NCBI GenBank assembly: GCA_032718475.1
Contig: JAUCBJ010008894.1
Span: 1-49,993 of the forward strand
Source of the DNA: Nemertoderma westbladi
Lineage: Eukaryota; Animalia; Xenacoelomorpha
Reading direction: 5' to 3'
DNA length: 49,993 nt
How positions within the stretch are numbered: the first letter of the stretch is position 1; each line of letters begins with the position of its first letter. Positions 11,751-24,100 of the stretch are shown here, one piece after another. Made by a program: the position numbers and the translations under genes. Under the pieces are notes generated by a model. The model saw nothing but the letters and a program-made list of their open reading frames with translations. It did no database searches and was not told the origin of the DNA.

Positions 11751-13319
11751 TGTTGATATTAATAATGAATGCCACAAAGTCTGCATGTCGTCAGTTAAAC
11801 AAATCTAAACCTTCTTGTCGGACTTAATTACAGTGCTGCTGGCTACAGCTACAGAGTAAGATAATACAGATTAGGCCTACTGCTAATTCTACAGTACGGT
11901 ACAGCAGTATTGCGTGGCGTTCTATAAGTAAAGGCCATGCAAGCATTTAAAATAATGAGCCTAAAAACTGAATGCCGACTTTTAAATTGGTTCATATTAA
12001 GATATGAATTCAACAAAAAATACATCATTATACGTTAGTAACGAATAATAATAAGTTTACTAAAAGTATAATTTAGAAAAAGACATATAAATATTTTTTT
12101 TTTGTAAATAGTTAAGTAATTATAAAGGAATCCATATTATACAGTACAATGCGGATAAGCGTTGTTCTGTAATAAATAATTATTAATTCGTCGTTTGGGT
12201 TTGAGGGGCTGGCGAATAAAATCATTAATACATTTTATTCGTTTTTAAATATGAATGGCTTTGCAATGCGATGTGAAGAAATGTGCTACTTTATTAAACA
12301 ACATTTTAAACCATCGGCATGAAGCAATGGTGGGGAAGTGGAACTTACATATTACTTAAGCAAATATTAAGCAACAATATTGAATGTTATTGAAAATAAA
12401 ATTACTGTATATAACTCGGAACCAACAATTTTTAACAAGTTTTAATCATTTAGTCGCAACATATTTAGAATGATACTCTAATACTACAGTATATTCCATA
12501 CAATCATGTATTATTGTGTATACAAAGGTATAACTTTATGTACGTATGTAATATATACAGGGAATACAAGATATAATAATCCGCTCTTCATTAAAGTACT
12601 CCAGCGAGATTTCAGAGGAGGCATATTATTATTTATTATTATATTATTACTGTATATTGAAAATAATATTTGTCTTATTATACAGTAATAATATCATCAT
12701 ATTCGTTTCTGATTCTTTACATTTTACCAAGGCGGCCTATACTCAACGGAGTAAAATCCCATGAGTTTGTCTCGGGGGAAGGTATTCGCAGTCTTCACAA
12801 TAACTTTATTCGGCCACTTATACGGCTATTTGAATGTAGAAACTATCAGAGTTATATTTTTGTCCATTATCTTTTTTAATAACGGTCGAGGTTAGGGATG
12901 TTATCATACGGAGACTAGACTACATACAGTACAGTATAGAAATCCATATGGTCTATTGCTAGTCATTCTCTCTTATAATAACGATGTTTGTTATGTTATT
13001 GTTTGTTTATGTCATGTGTCTTAATAATAATAAGTTGTAAGCTTTTACTAGAAATACTGACTGAATAAAAAAAAAGTTAGTTGGTTAGGTTATTGTCATT
13101 AGGAATAATATGAGATTGCGCACACATGACCATACACAAATATAAAATATAAATATAAATATATGCTTACATATAAATAAATATCATGTTACCAATGAAC
13201 CCAGCGTAGAATGATAACTCAATGAACGGAGACAGAACCTCAAAGAGGGCGACGGAGAGGGTTGGTTTAATTGGGCTATCCCGTGTTGTTAGCAAAGCGT
13301 ACTATATACAGTACGCCTT

Positions 13320-13922
13320 GCTAACAACACGGGATAGCCCAATGAACCCAGCCCTCTCCGCCGGCCTCTATGAGGTCCTGTCCCCCCCTCCCGCACCCAC
13401 TAACAAAACGGGATAGCCCGATGAACTCAGCCCTCTCCGCCGGCCTCTATGAGGTCCTGTCCCCCCCTCCCGCACCCACTAACAACACGGGATAGCCCAA
13501 TGAACCCAGCCCTCTCCGCCGGCCTCTATGAGGTCCTATCCCCCCCTCCCGCACCCACTAACAAAACGGGATAGCCCAATGAACCCAGCCCTCTCCGCCG
13601 GCCTCTATGAGGTCCTGTCCCCCCCTCCCGCACCCACTAACAATACGGGACAGCCCAATGAACCCAGCCCTCTCCGCCGGCCTTTATGAGGTCCTGTCCC
13701 CCGTCCCGCACCCACTAACAAAACGGGATAGCCCAATGAACCCAGCCCTCTCCGCCGGCCTCTATGAGGTCCTGTCCCCCCCTCCCGCACCCACTAACAA
13801 TACGGGACAGCCCGATGAACTCAGCCCTCTCCGCCGGCCTCTATGAGGTCCTATCCCCCCCTCCCGCACCCACTAACAAAACGGGATAGCCCAATGAACC
13901 CAGCCCTCTCCGCCGGCCTCTA
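13320..13922 (+). repeat. ~79-bp GC-rich satellite, left part (~7.5 units)
   Basis: Unit CTAACAAYACGGGATAGCCCAATGAACCCAGCCCTCTCCGCCGGCCTCTATGAGGTCCTGTCCCCCCCTCCCGCACCCA. Confidence 0.97.
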
Positions 13923-15123
13923 TGTTCGCGCTTTCAGACCTTTGGCAGTTTAACCCGCCAAATTAGGATGTCTTTTAGATAATAAATCACTTTTAGCCTC
14001 TGACAAGTATTTGATTCACTACACTAGTCGAAACCAATCGGTGCGCGATCATTCACCCGCTGGATATACCCGGGAGATTGGGTTCGACGGCTTAATCTTA
14101 TTGCTATGTAAGCCTAATGTATTATTCGACTGACAGTATTATATAATCTCTGACAATATTATTCACCTTCGGGGAATATTAACAGTTCCTTTAGGACGTG
14201 GCGCTCTATCTATAAAAACAGAGTTATGACTTAAACTACTCACAACGATATGGCTTAGTTATAATTCACATATATGGCGCATTCTTTAGGAAATGCTTCG
14301 TTATCAGTCTCACTCATACACAATGCTGCACAATACTGCACACTAATCTGCCGATCTTCACTGATTTTAGTCACATATAAAAGGAACACAGACCGACTCA
14401 TGTAGGGTCTATCAAATAACATTAGATTCACTTCAAACCACTTTAACATAAGTCACAATCGTTATATGTAACCTTTCTCTCTTACCTTCTGTATATCAAG
14501 AATATTGGGTTTCGGGGTTATTTCTCGTTATTCCAAATATAATAATTCATCAACCATATTATGAAGGACCGACAGTAAATAGCAGTATAACAATATAAAG
14601 TATGCACAGTGTTACACAGTATGCAGTGTCAGTAAGATATTAAATCAGATAACGGATATATGTCCTTATAATTAAGCCTACTAGTGTTAGGCTAAAACAG
14701 AAAAGCACAAAATATTCCCAAGCCGCTCTCTCCTGGCTCAGGACAGAATGTAAACACTGCCCATAACGCATTGCGTGATTTCTAGTAAATTTCTGTACAA
14801 GAGCCATAAAAATGCTCTGATTGGCTGACTGAACTGAGAGATGCCGTAGAACAAAGAAAATCGACACGTATGAATATCAGCTGTTAACCGTCGTCATAGT
14901 AACTACTGTTCAAGAGTAGCTATCACCTTTTGCGTCACGGAATTGCCATAGAATCATCAACTATGCCTTTCACAGTACACATACGGAGGAAATAGCTCTT
15001 AGATCCTCTAAAAAACACCGATACAGCAATAATACGGTCTCTTACACCTATTAAATCAACTACAGAGTATTTTAATGTAAAAGATAATAAAAAATACGGG
15101 GCAATTCAGCAAAGGCTTTTACA
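13923..15123 (-). repeat. 3' LTR (1201 bp)
   Basis: Plus strand TGTTCGCG...CTTTTACA. Direct repeat of 30729-31809. Confidence 0.95.
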
Positions 15124-15131
15124 CCGCTCCC
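15124..15131 (-). other. Short polypurine tract GGGAGCGG
   Basis: Purine-rich run directly abutting the TG of the 3' LTR on the minus strand. Confidence 0.7.
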
Positions 15132-15201
15132 AGAAAATGGGATTTTCAGTCTATAAAATATAAAAATCACAGTTTCTAAAACCTAAAGATACTCTAAACA
15201 G

Positions 15202-18200
15202 TTAGTCTTTCTTACGCGGACGGCGTTTACGCAGTTTCTTGAGGCTAGCAAGAGTCCTTTTCTCTTTGGGGCGAGCCACTTTACGAGGAGGGCTGTAGCT
15301 CCTAGGCGAAGGGTGCAATACAATTGCATCAGAAGGTGTAGGGTTACGATCGGTATACCCGCCGGTCGAAGTGCCTGGTTGATTAATATCAACCTCAGGG
15401 GAGCGAGGTCTAACGGCCTTTAGAGCGCGTCTCAGGACAGCAGCTCCTACGGGTCCTTGGCGGGTCGTCTGGACACTAGCGGTGGGTGGACCGTGAGTGG
15501 TGAGGAACTTTCTCGGTTTAATGGTTCTCTCCAGCTCGCGTTCTCGGGTTCGATATTCGTATGGTCGCCGAGATACTTCCTGTAGTTCAGGATGCGAGTT
15601 CACAAAGATGTCGCCATACTCAGGGTCCTGACGGATAAAATTGATCAGGTGATATGTGGTTATATCATTAGGGTTAACGTTTCTAAGGTATTTTCTGACA
15701 AACTTGGTGGAAATACACTCACCAACACGCTTCATTAACTCGTAACTTGGTACGCGTGTTTTCTGTTCAATCGACGCGAATAGATAAGGATGGAACGCGT
15801 AAACTCCCTCGTAAGCTCGTCCAGGGTAATAGCGATGTCGGGATTCGCAATGTAAATCCGCGTTCGCTTCCCAAGCTCGGATGTATCGCAGGGTGATCAT
15901 CTCGTCTACGCTCTCTAAATCGCGATTAAAGGGACAATTGTAACTTTCATGTCCTTTAAGTTGACAGTAGTGACATTGAGTCATAAATTGTGGGCAGACG
16001 GCAAAAATATGAGAGTTATTAAGTCTGCAATAAGCACAATATATTTCCATCATCGGTTGTTCGAGGAAATAGGAACAAGGTACGCTCGAGTCTAGAGGGG
16101 TGAAGTGGTCTCTCGATGCGCATAATCGACAACGTTTTCGAGAAACGTAGTTGGCGTGTCGATAATCGTACGCTGTGAGACGTTGTGGACCTTGATACCA
16201 CTCTATGACATAATCATTGTCACTGCTCCGGGAAGCTGTAGGCTGAATCGCTTCTGATTCCAAGCATACTGGTTCATCCTCCAGCTGTATAGACGAAGTG
16301 GGTGCGTCTGTCTCAGTAAGTGGATCCACTGTCTGTATTTCCACGACAGAATAACCTGTAGGTATTCGGGGTCTTTGTATAACAGATGAATGTAAGTTCT
16401 GTATACAAACGTCTTGAAAAACGGCAAATCCAGCGCTACTCTGTTTCTCCGCAGCTGAGTCTCTCAGACTGAGTTTGGTCAGCGCGCGGTCCTTGAACTG
16501 ACTATCGACGTTACGGAACGGAGTCAGAAAGCGCCGGAAACATTCGAAACGTATGAACTTATTGTGTTCATCTAACTTGGCGAGTTTAGTTCCAAGTATT
16601 AATGGGTGAGCGCGTATGGTACGACTGCACACATCGGCTAGCCAACCGGCAAGTGCTGCGTTTTCAAAGATCGTGTATATAGCTAAGGAAGGGCGAAGTG
16701 GAACACTCATAAAGCTATATACGGCACCAGGCGCAGTTAATGGTCCATCAAAATATAAACGAGAGTAATGATCTCCATATACTTGCTGGTAATTGATAGG
16801 ATTTCCAACTTTGAAATTCCATCCATATTCTTGAAAGGCAAGATGTCCGATGGATGTCCGTTGTACTTTAGTAATGTCGCTGGGTGTATTGGCATACGTA
16901 GTGCGAAAGAAACCTCGGCCTTCGGCCCAAGGAGCAATCAGCTGAGTATCAACGAAAGGGTATGGAATGTTTTCCATATTCCGGAAGTCGTTTTGGAGAT
17001 CTCCATAAACAGCTGAGCCGATTTTTAGGATTCTTTCGTTAAACAACATTTCGAGCACAGGTTGGGGTAACATTGATCCATCGATACCCATGGCTGGTTT
17101 GCGCTCGGTGTCGGTGACGTAACGCTGCGCGAGCTCGAATTGTCCATGTCGAAGTTTCTTTTGTGTCTCCGTAAGGGTTTCAAAAGAATAATCAATCACG
17201 TCGGAACACGCTCGAGTGAATACGTGGGTAGAACCAGCGAGTCCTCGTATATGTATAATTCGCGTAGTTCCTAGTTCTCCCACCGGAACGCTACCTTCGT
17301 TGTCATAAGTAACAACGCCATACATCTCGATAACGTTAAGAGTTTCGTTCCATTCTTTAGTGGCGTTTTCGAGAGTCATTCCTACTGGATGCCACAAAGT
17401 AGCGCATTCGTTGGCATTGGGTAAATCTCTATACTTTAAGCATTGTGTAGTATAGGTTTCCACATCTCCGTATCGTTTTATTCTTTCTTCCTCGAATAAC
17501 ACGTCAAGATTCCAGTGCACCAATCGAGTTTTAATGAATCCATCAAGATTGTACGGAGGTAATATTTCTTTCTCTATTCTGGAAATATTATACGGTTTTC
17601 GAAATGAGTTTAGTTTAACTAGCTGATCTAGATGTTTTTGTAGTTGTTCGAGTTCGACAAGGTCGAGAGGATTGATTAATGGTAGAAACCTCAGACTATG
17701 CGTAGGATCTTCCGGTTTTACCATGTAATATTGCTTTAAATTGACGTAATAAGGATGATCCTTAATTCCATAAAATGAGTCCGGCAAAGGTCTAGCGCGT
17801 ATGTTAACATCGTGTACCATGCGATGGACAAGATCCGCTCTATTGTCCGGAGGCTCAACAAGTACACCATCGACACGAGCAGCCGCGATGGGTGGACGTT
17901 GTATCATAGGAGCGTCAGCAATGAGCTCTTGAGATCTGAGATCGGTATTAACCGGTTGAGGCTGTACTGTAGCAAAGAGTTTGTCTTTGAAATGAGGAAC
18001 CATCGAGGGGTGGAGGATCGTTTTGGAATAGAGATCCGTCACGAGAATTTGAGTTTCTGGTTGGGCTAAAGCAGCTTCTTCCCTCTCAGTCAGCTCTATA
18101 TGTCTCTCCTCGAGCTGATTTTCCTCCGCTTGTTGTTGCAAGCGCTCGTCCAGGAATTCCTGTAAGGAGTAGGTTCGTCCACGTTCGATGTCCTCCTCTA

Positions 18201-19455
18201 GATTTTGTATTTCTCTATCGAACTGGGGTAAAGCTAGTTCTTTCACCGCTTGGACTTGTTGTTGCAATTTACGTTTCTCCAAGCAATCGTAAGTTCCTTT
18301 TCCGATTTTCTGCCGAATAGCGTCCAATGCATTTCGTATCACGCTCTCTTCGACTTCTGTAACAGGTTGGATCGGAGGGAGGCCAGGACGGTTGTAGGGG
18401 TTAAACGGTGATATTAGATGACCGCGTCCTAGTCCAGCGAGGTAAGGTTGGCGAATATCTAACGAACCCACTACCGGAGTGCCACCAATCAACTGTTCAG
18501 GTAACACTAGATCTTTGAACAGTGAGTACAGCTCGGGAGGATCCGTAATACTATTAGGATCGAGAGTTTGAGGTATCACTTGGGAATGAGGAGGTCTGAC
18601 CGAGTATTCCGGAACTCTGATCATGGGTTTATTCAATGATCGTTTAAGGCGCGCGACCGTAGGTGATACGTCGAAAAGGTTTCGCTCGAAACTCCCATAA
18701 GTATATCGCGTAAAACTGTGTTTAGCGCAACGTCTCCGCGGATGTTTATGCTTTTCGATTTGCTGGTTAGGTCTAGGGCATTCATCACAGTAATACCAAA
18801 GACGCACGTCTTGAAGGGGAAACGCGGGTGATCGCTCTCCAGTTTTACAATATTCCTCCATCTGTTCGAAGCTATCTGGAACGACAGGTAGTGGTCGATC
18901 GGCGGTAAGATACATCATCGTAAAATAGAGCCGTTTGAGTTCCATCATAGGATCTGGATGTATACCTTGAGGATATCGAGTTTCGAGGTTTTGTTGACTA
19001 GCAACCTTGAGATAGGTCTCTCTTAGGAATTCTAGATATTCGTTGAAGCCGCTACGTTTATCAGGTTCTTCAACGTCTTCTCTTTCGAGTTTATTTCGAA
19101 TAGAGTTCTCGTGTTCTATTCTCGATTTGTCGTTTCGACTCCGCTGGGTATGATATTTAAATAAAACCATTTCCCTTTCGGTGTCGACATCGTCGGTGTC
19201 GTGTAAATCAATAGGATGACCAGTAGTCAGGAAGTCCATATACGTACCATTACGATGCGTATAGCGAGCAGTGAATTTTCTATAGTCCAATTCACGCGTA
19301 AGTTGCTCCTGGGACATTGGCGGTTCGATATAACGACCATCGTCTTCCGTAGTAGTTGGATCAGCGTCGCCGCGTATCAAGCTATCGACAAACGCTTGTA
19401 AAGGTAGAGTATATCTCTCCCTGATACCAAGATCATCTTCTATTAATTCAGTCAT
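15202..19455 (-). CDS. Retroelement accessory ORF2: coiled coil, DEDD(y)-like 3'-5' exonuclease domain, three Cys/His zinc knuckles, basic tail
   Basis: ExoI-like VVTYDNEG; LPQPVLEMLFNERILKIGSAVYGD (ExoII-like); FVDTQLIA; ExoIII-like RPSLAIYTIFEN. Then CRLC..H..C, CAYC..H..C and CHYCQLKGHESYNC. C-terminus KKLRKRRPRKKD. Confidence 0.75.
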   Translation of the reverse strand: MTELIEDDLGIRERYTLPLQAFVDSLIRGDADPTTTEDDGRYIEPPMSQEQLTRELDYRKFTARYTHRNGTYMDFLTTGHPIDLHDTDDVDTEREMVLFKYHTQRSRNDKSRIEHENSIRNKLEREDVEEPDKRSGFNEYLEFLRETYLKVASQQNLETRYPQGIHPDPMMELKRLYFTMMYLTADRPLPVVPDSFEQMEEYCKTGERSPAFPLQDVRLWYYCDECPRPNQQIEKHKHPRRRCAKHSFTRYTYGSFERNLFDVSPTVARLKRSLNKPMIRVPEYSVRPPHSQVIPQTLDPNSITDPPELYSLFKDLVLPEQLIGGTPVVGSLDIRQPYLAGLGRGHLISPFNPYNRPGLPPIQPVTEVEESVIRNALDAIRQKIGKGTYDCLEKRKLQQQVQAVKELALPQFDREIQNLEEDIERGRTYSLQEFLDERLQQQAEENQLEERHIELTEREEAALAQPETQILVTDLYSKTILHPSMVPHFKDKLFATVQPQPVNTDLRSQELIADAPMIQRPPIAAARVDGVLVEPPDNRADLVHRMVHDVNIRARPLPDSFYGIKDHPYYVNLKQYYMVKPEDPTHSLRFLPLINPLDLVELEQLQKHLDQLVKLNSFRKPYNISRIEKEILPPYNLDGFIKTRLVHWNLDVLFEEERIKRYGDVETYTTQCLKYRDLPNANECATLWHPVGMTLENATKEWNETLNVIEMYGVVTYDNEGSVPVGELGTTRIIHIRGLAGSTHVFTRACSDVIDYSFETLTETQKKLRHGQFELAQRYVTDTERKPAMGIDGSMLPQPVLEMLFNERILKIGSAVYGDLQNDFRNMENIPYPFVDTQLIAPWAEGRGFFRTTYANTPSDITKVQRTSIGHLAFQEYGWNFKVGNPINYQQVYGDHYSRLYFDGPLTAPGAVYSFMSVPLRPSLAIYTIFENAALAGWLADVCSRTIRAHPLILGTKLAKLDEHNKFIRFECFRRFLTPFRNVDSQFKDRALTKLSLRDSAAEKQSSAGFAVFQDVCIQNLHSSVIQRPRIPTGYSVVEIQTVDPLTETDAPTSSIQLEDEPVCLESEAIQPTASRSSDNDYVIEWYQGPQRLTAYDYRHANYVSRKRCRLCASRDHFTPLDSSVPCSYFLEQPMMEIYCAYCRLNNSHIFAVCPQFMTQCHYCQLKGHESYNCPFNRDLESVDEMITLRYIRAWEANADLHCESRHRYYPGRAYEGVYAFHPYLFASIEQKTRVPSYELMKRVGECISTKFVRKYLRNVNPNDITTYHLINFIRQDPEYGDIFVNSHPELQEVSRRPYEYRTRERELERTIKPRKFLTTHGPPTASVQTTRQGPVGAAVLRRALKAVRPRSPEVDINQPGTSTGGYTDRNPTPSDAIVLHPSPRSYSPPRKVARPKEKRTLASLKKLRKRRPRKKD

Positions 19456-20269
19456 ATCTGCTATACGAGTTCACCAATATTATAATGAGTTTATATATTT
19501 ATTAGGCGAGCGGGCGTCGCTGCCTACTTCTCCCTTGCCCCCGGACAGTGTGAGATTCTCAGCGCCGATGTACCGCTGTCGCTGTACTTTCGCCAACGAC
19601 GTAGCCGTACAACGACAACGATAACCGGCACAAGTCACTCCACTGTCCGTCCCAAAGGCTTAGATGTACTTCAGGTTTTCCTTGGAGAGTTAGGTTACTT
19701 TCACGATTGCGACTAGCTACTGTAAACACACTTTAGCAGTAACATTCACCTATAAACTCACAAATACCACACAACTGGTCACAACTACGCACATTCGGGC
19801 CATTTGTCCGTTAGTCAATGCCTTCCAGAATGTCACTGTATTATTATGTATCCTTGGATACTAGCAGTGCGCTATTTATTCCCTATGCTATTCAATGGGA
19901 CAAGCTTTCTATTGTTCTTTTAACTCAATTCTAATTCTAGCGTGGTTGTTGCTATGGTGACATTATGTAAAGCTAGCGGTAGAATTAGGGTAATTCCCAT
20001 GCATACAGATCTGGGATGTTATTTAATAGTAATTCTTTAATAGTCAATATCCCCTTTATACATGATTTTATGAATTTTATCGGCTATTGACTATACATTG
20101 GAGATTCTCGCATACAAATACACTTAATAGAGTGAATCTCCGCTCCCATGATCTATTAATTAATGGAATTTTGGGAATGTTATAAATTGTATAAAAATGG
20201 CAATTTATTAAATTCATTAAAAGGCATGAATTTAAATTTATTCCCTGAAATTTTATTATTTGATAATTA

Positions 20270-20590
20270 AATGGACATATTTTGAGTCTAGAACATGTCT
20301 GGGGACACAAGATCCTTAATTCTACGAAAATTGTCCTTTTAAGAATATCGGTAAATGCTACGATATCTTAATTGACTAGAATTGTTGAAGGATCTGAATT
20401 TTACAGATTTTGATTTGTTAGATTTGCAAATATTAAATAATTAATATTTGAGATGGGCACCGATTTATTCCAGAACTTGTCTGGGGACGTTAACCACTGA
20501 TTCTAGAATTTGTCTTTCAAGTATATCGGTGGGTGCCGCGATATCTTAATCAACTAGAATTACAGATGGTCAAAGGGTTTAACAGATTTA
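20270..20590. repeat. Diverged ~180-bp tandem duplication in the inter-ORF spacer
   Basis: AGAAC(A/T)TGTCTGGGGAC...ATATCGGT...CGATATCTTAAT..ACTAGAATT occurs twice. Confidence 0.65.
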
Positions 20591-21105
20591 TTTTGCGTTA
20601 TACGCTACTGTTAAAGGGACATCACGCTACTATATGTATTATTTAATATACGGTATGAGAGCAATATCGCACGAAGCAATGTCAGTGTGAAGAGGCAAGT
20701 CGTTTCCAAGGTCTACCCAGAGCTTGGTTTAGCCGAGACACGAGGATCTGAACTTTGCATTCCTAATACTCTGCCTACCAATAATACTTGAATATAGTAG
20801 TGGCTTCATTGTACTTTAATAAGTACGGACATTTCATCTTACTGTAGTTACGTATTTATAATATAATACGGACAGTAAGGAAAGAGAAAAACACTTGTTT
20901 CTCACCGTCACACTAAATATAATATAAGTGATTACGTACGCAATAAACACGAACATATTGCACTATTCTACTAAATAATCGCTAAATAATATTCTACTAA
21001 ATTAAATAAAACGATTATAATAAAATTACATAGTAATACATACATAAATATAAAAATAATAAAATAATATAAAATAATAGAGTCACACGCCCACTCCGAA
21101 CGATA

Positions 21106-24100
21106 TTAAGTTGGGGAGTGCCTAGATGTGGGTTGGATTAGGGAAGTGGTCGTGGGAAGAGTTTCTTGCCTTCCATAGTTTCCGGAGAGTTCTCTGTCTC
21201 TTTCCAGTAAACATAAACGACCGACTGGGTGATTGAGTCGCTGCATCCCGAATACAATTCCAGGTTTCCTCTTCGTCCTGGAATAGTGACGATAGAAACA
21301 TCGCTCAAAGTATATGACGGCGTTACAAAGCCGATTCCAGGAGCTATAGTGGTCCGTCGCTCCCTGCAGGAGAGGTAAGAGTCCCTGCGAGACGTCTGAT
21401 GTTCCAGAGCTCCAATCGCTCCCTCTGATCTTCATGAAGGATCCACTCGCGGTGGGGAGGTCCAGATCCACGGCGTCGTCCCTGGCAGTATGTAATACCG
21501 ACAGATCTATCCCGGGTTCAAATAACTCCGATCCACCCGTCCGGGTTTTAGGTTTGACTTTCTCCGCTCCCTTGGCTGGTCTAATCTCAGTCGGAGTAAG
21601 ATGGGGAGGCCATTCATCCTCCTTACTCAGGAAGTCGGGTTCACCTAACCGGTCTGGAGTATCTGTCAGTTCTTGAGGAGTTGCTCCTCTGGAAGCGATG
21701 TCGGCTATATTCATCGTCTTGGGGCAATATCTCCATTGATCTACATTGGAGTTAAGATTGTCATTATCTGAGGAGTGTGGTGTTCCCTCAGTTGGGTCGT
21801 CTCCCTCACTAGTATCATCTTCCCATTCACTCACCTGGCAGACGCGATCTTGAAGCAGTCTTTCTCTGAGCGTTCTTCGGGAAGGTCCAGTAAGGTACCA
21901 ACCTACTCTAGTTCTTACCGCATAGGTCTGAAGTGGTTGCGGTTGAGCAGGTCGTTTCTCCAATGTCTCCAGCGCCTCATGCGCGTTTTGACCGATTAAT
22001 ATTTGTACTCCAGGATAATCGGTGTCGAATCTAGGAATGTTAAGTTGTTGGGCATGATCATCTTCGTCCCAATTATAAGGTTCCACTTGGGTGGTAGCGA
22101 AGTTCTTTATTGCCACCATCTTGACTGACCTTATACTGTGTTCTCCTAGTTTATCCTGTGGAGTGGACAACTCACCTATATAATAGTCGGCAGTCACAGC
22201 AGATTTCCAAACCTGCATGATCCCTGACATGTTTAGCTTGGTTCGGAACTTGGGTTGTCCAGCAAAGATGTCTTCAGCTAGTTCTTTATCGATGAATGTT
22301 CCTGTGCTGCCGGAGTCCAGGAGGGCGTTCACTATATAGCTCTTCTGAGGTCCGTGGACCCGTAACTGGACTACAGGAAATTCTCGGATTCCTACATTTG
22401 AAGTTGGCGCTTTCCAAGATTGTTGTTGATCTGAAGTAGTTAGGGTGAGGTCGCTGTCTGTGTCTTTCTCATACATGAGTGCTCGATACACTGCGGTGGT
22501 GTTTATTAAGTAACAGGATTCGTTTTGGTCGGAGAACTCGTCCGTATAGAATCCTTCCATCTCAGATTGATCAGTGTCGTTCATATCACTGAATTGGACA
22601 TGTAGTTCGGAATCACTCACCTGACTCGGACTATTTCGCTCGAATTCAGTGTGCAACAAGATATGATGTTTTGCACCGCACTTTGCACACCTTGCGTCGG
22701 AGTAACAGGTTCGCCGTTGGTGTCCTCGTCTGAGGCAATTATAACACAACCGCTTATCCCACATGACTTCCCGTCTCTCTTTTAATGATTTCTTTAAGAA
22801 TTCATCGCACATATTCAAGCGGTGGGGCCCGTCGCACAGCACACATTTGGGTTTGATGTTACTTACTTTAACCTGTGCTATGTGGTGCACATTCGTTCTT
22901 TCCTCGGGCTTTCTCACCTGAATTCTCTTGGGAGACGTAGGAGGAGTTTTTCTTACCTGTTCTCTCCTGTCATTGGTTCGAGACTTGAATTTACTTACCT
23001 GGTCTTTAGGCGTTTTATTGACATAATAAGATCTTTCAGTGTCTTTCCCGCTATCCTCTCCTTGAGAAGTCTGGCTTTCGCCGTCGTCTGTATAACACAC
23101 TGGTGTTACCCTTCTCCTAGAAACGGGTTTCTCACTTACCTTGTTTTCCAGTGTCTTCTCTCTGGACTGTCTTAGGAGCTGTAATTTCACTTCTCCATCT
23201 AAGAATGACATGAGATCAGCCATGGTAGGGTCTCGTCGTTGTTGTTCCATCATATATAACACTTTCTTATCCCAGCGTGTACCTACTCCACCCTTCGGTA
23301 AAGTAGAAGCCACTGCTCTAATAACCATAGCACTCTGATACTCATGAGACTTACCTAGCCAATCTAATTGTATGCAGATCTCCTGAATCTCATCGGAAAA
23401 CTCTATAATCCCGCTGCTAATAAACTTTCGGGGCGCTACCAACTTTGCATACAAATACCCAGCTATGTTATTCCTATTACCATACCTGATGTTTAGTGTA
23501 TCCCAAACTTGTCTTAATCCGTCTGGATGTCCAATAAACTTTAACGCCATTAACTTGGGAGATCCTTCCAAGCACTCGATGAGGAATCTAAGTTTCTCTC
23601 CATTAGACAGTACAGAGTTCTGTATGTTATCTTTGTAATATTCATTAAAAGGTAACCATTTCATCTCATCTCCATTGAACTTGACGATCTCTCCCACCTT
23701 CACCGCTTGCCGGGCTTCGGTTCTAGCCATTTGACGCGTAAAACTTTCTTGGGCCATTGTGTTATTTAATATCGAGTTATCGGTATATAAATTTCTGGGA
23801 TTATGATCAGTTCTATAGGGAATGTCATTATCAACAGGTCTATAATTACCCTTAATAGGGTTCACTATAGGAGTTTCTACTTCGCTAGCAGTATATATGC
23901 GTGTAGGCTCCACACCTTGCGCATGAGATACTTCAGACCTAACAGGTTGACACATTGTTACTGAGGGTGGTGGTATACCTCTTTTTGTATTTACTAATTT
24001 ATCGCATTCTAGCGCGATACTTTGCTGCACTTCTTGCAACTCTAGCCTACTTTCCCTTACTGTGCCCTTGAATTGCTGAACCGTCTCCTGCATCTGCCCG

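Noticed and set aside
14255-14867. Small ORFs in the LTRs (also 31061-31553)
   Set aside because: Short, with no recognisable motif; duplicated only because the LTR is.
15202-19455. Env or fusion glycoprotein call for ORF2
   Set aside because: No signal peptide or transmembrane helix; it has nuclease-like, zinc-knuckle and basic NLS-like features instead.
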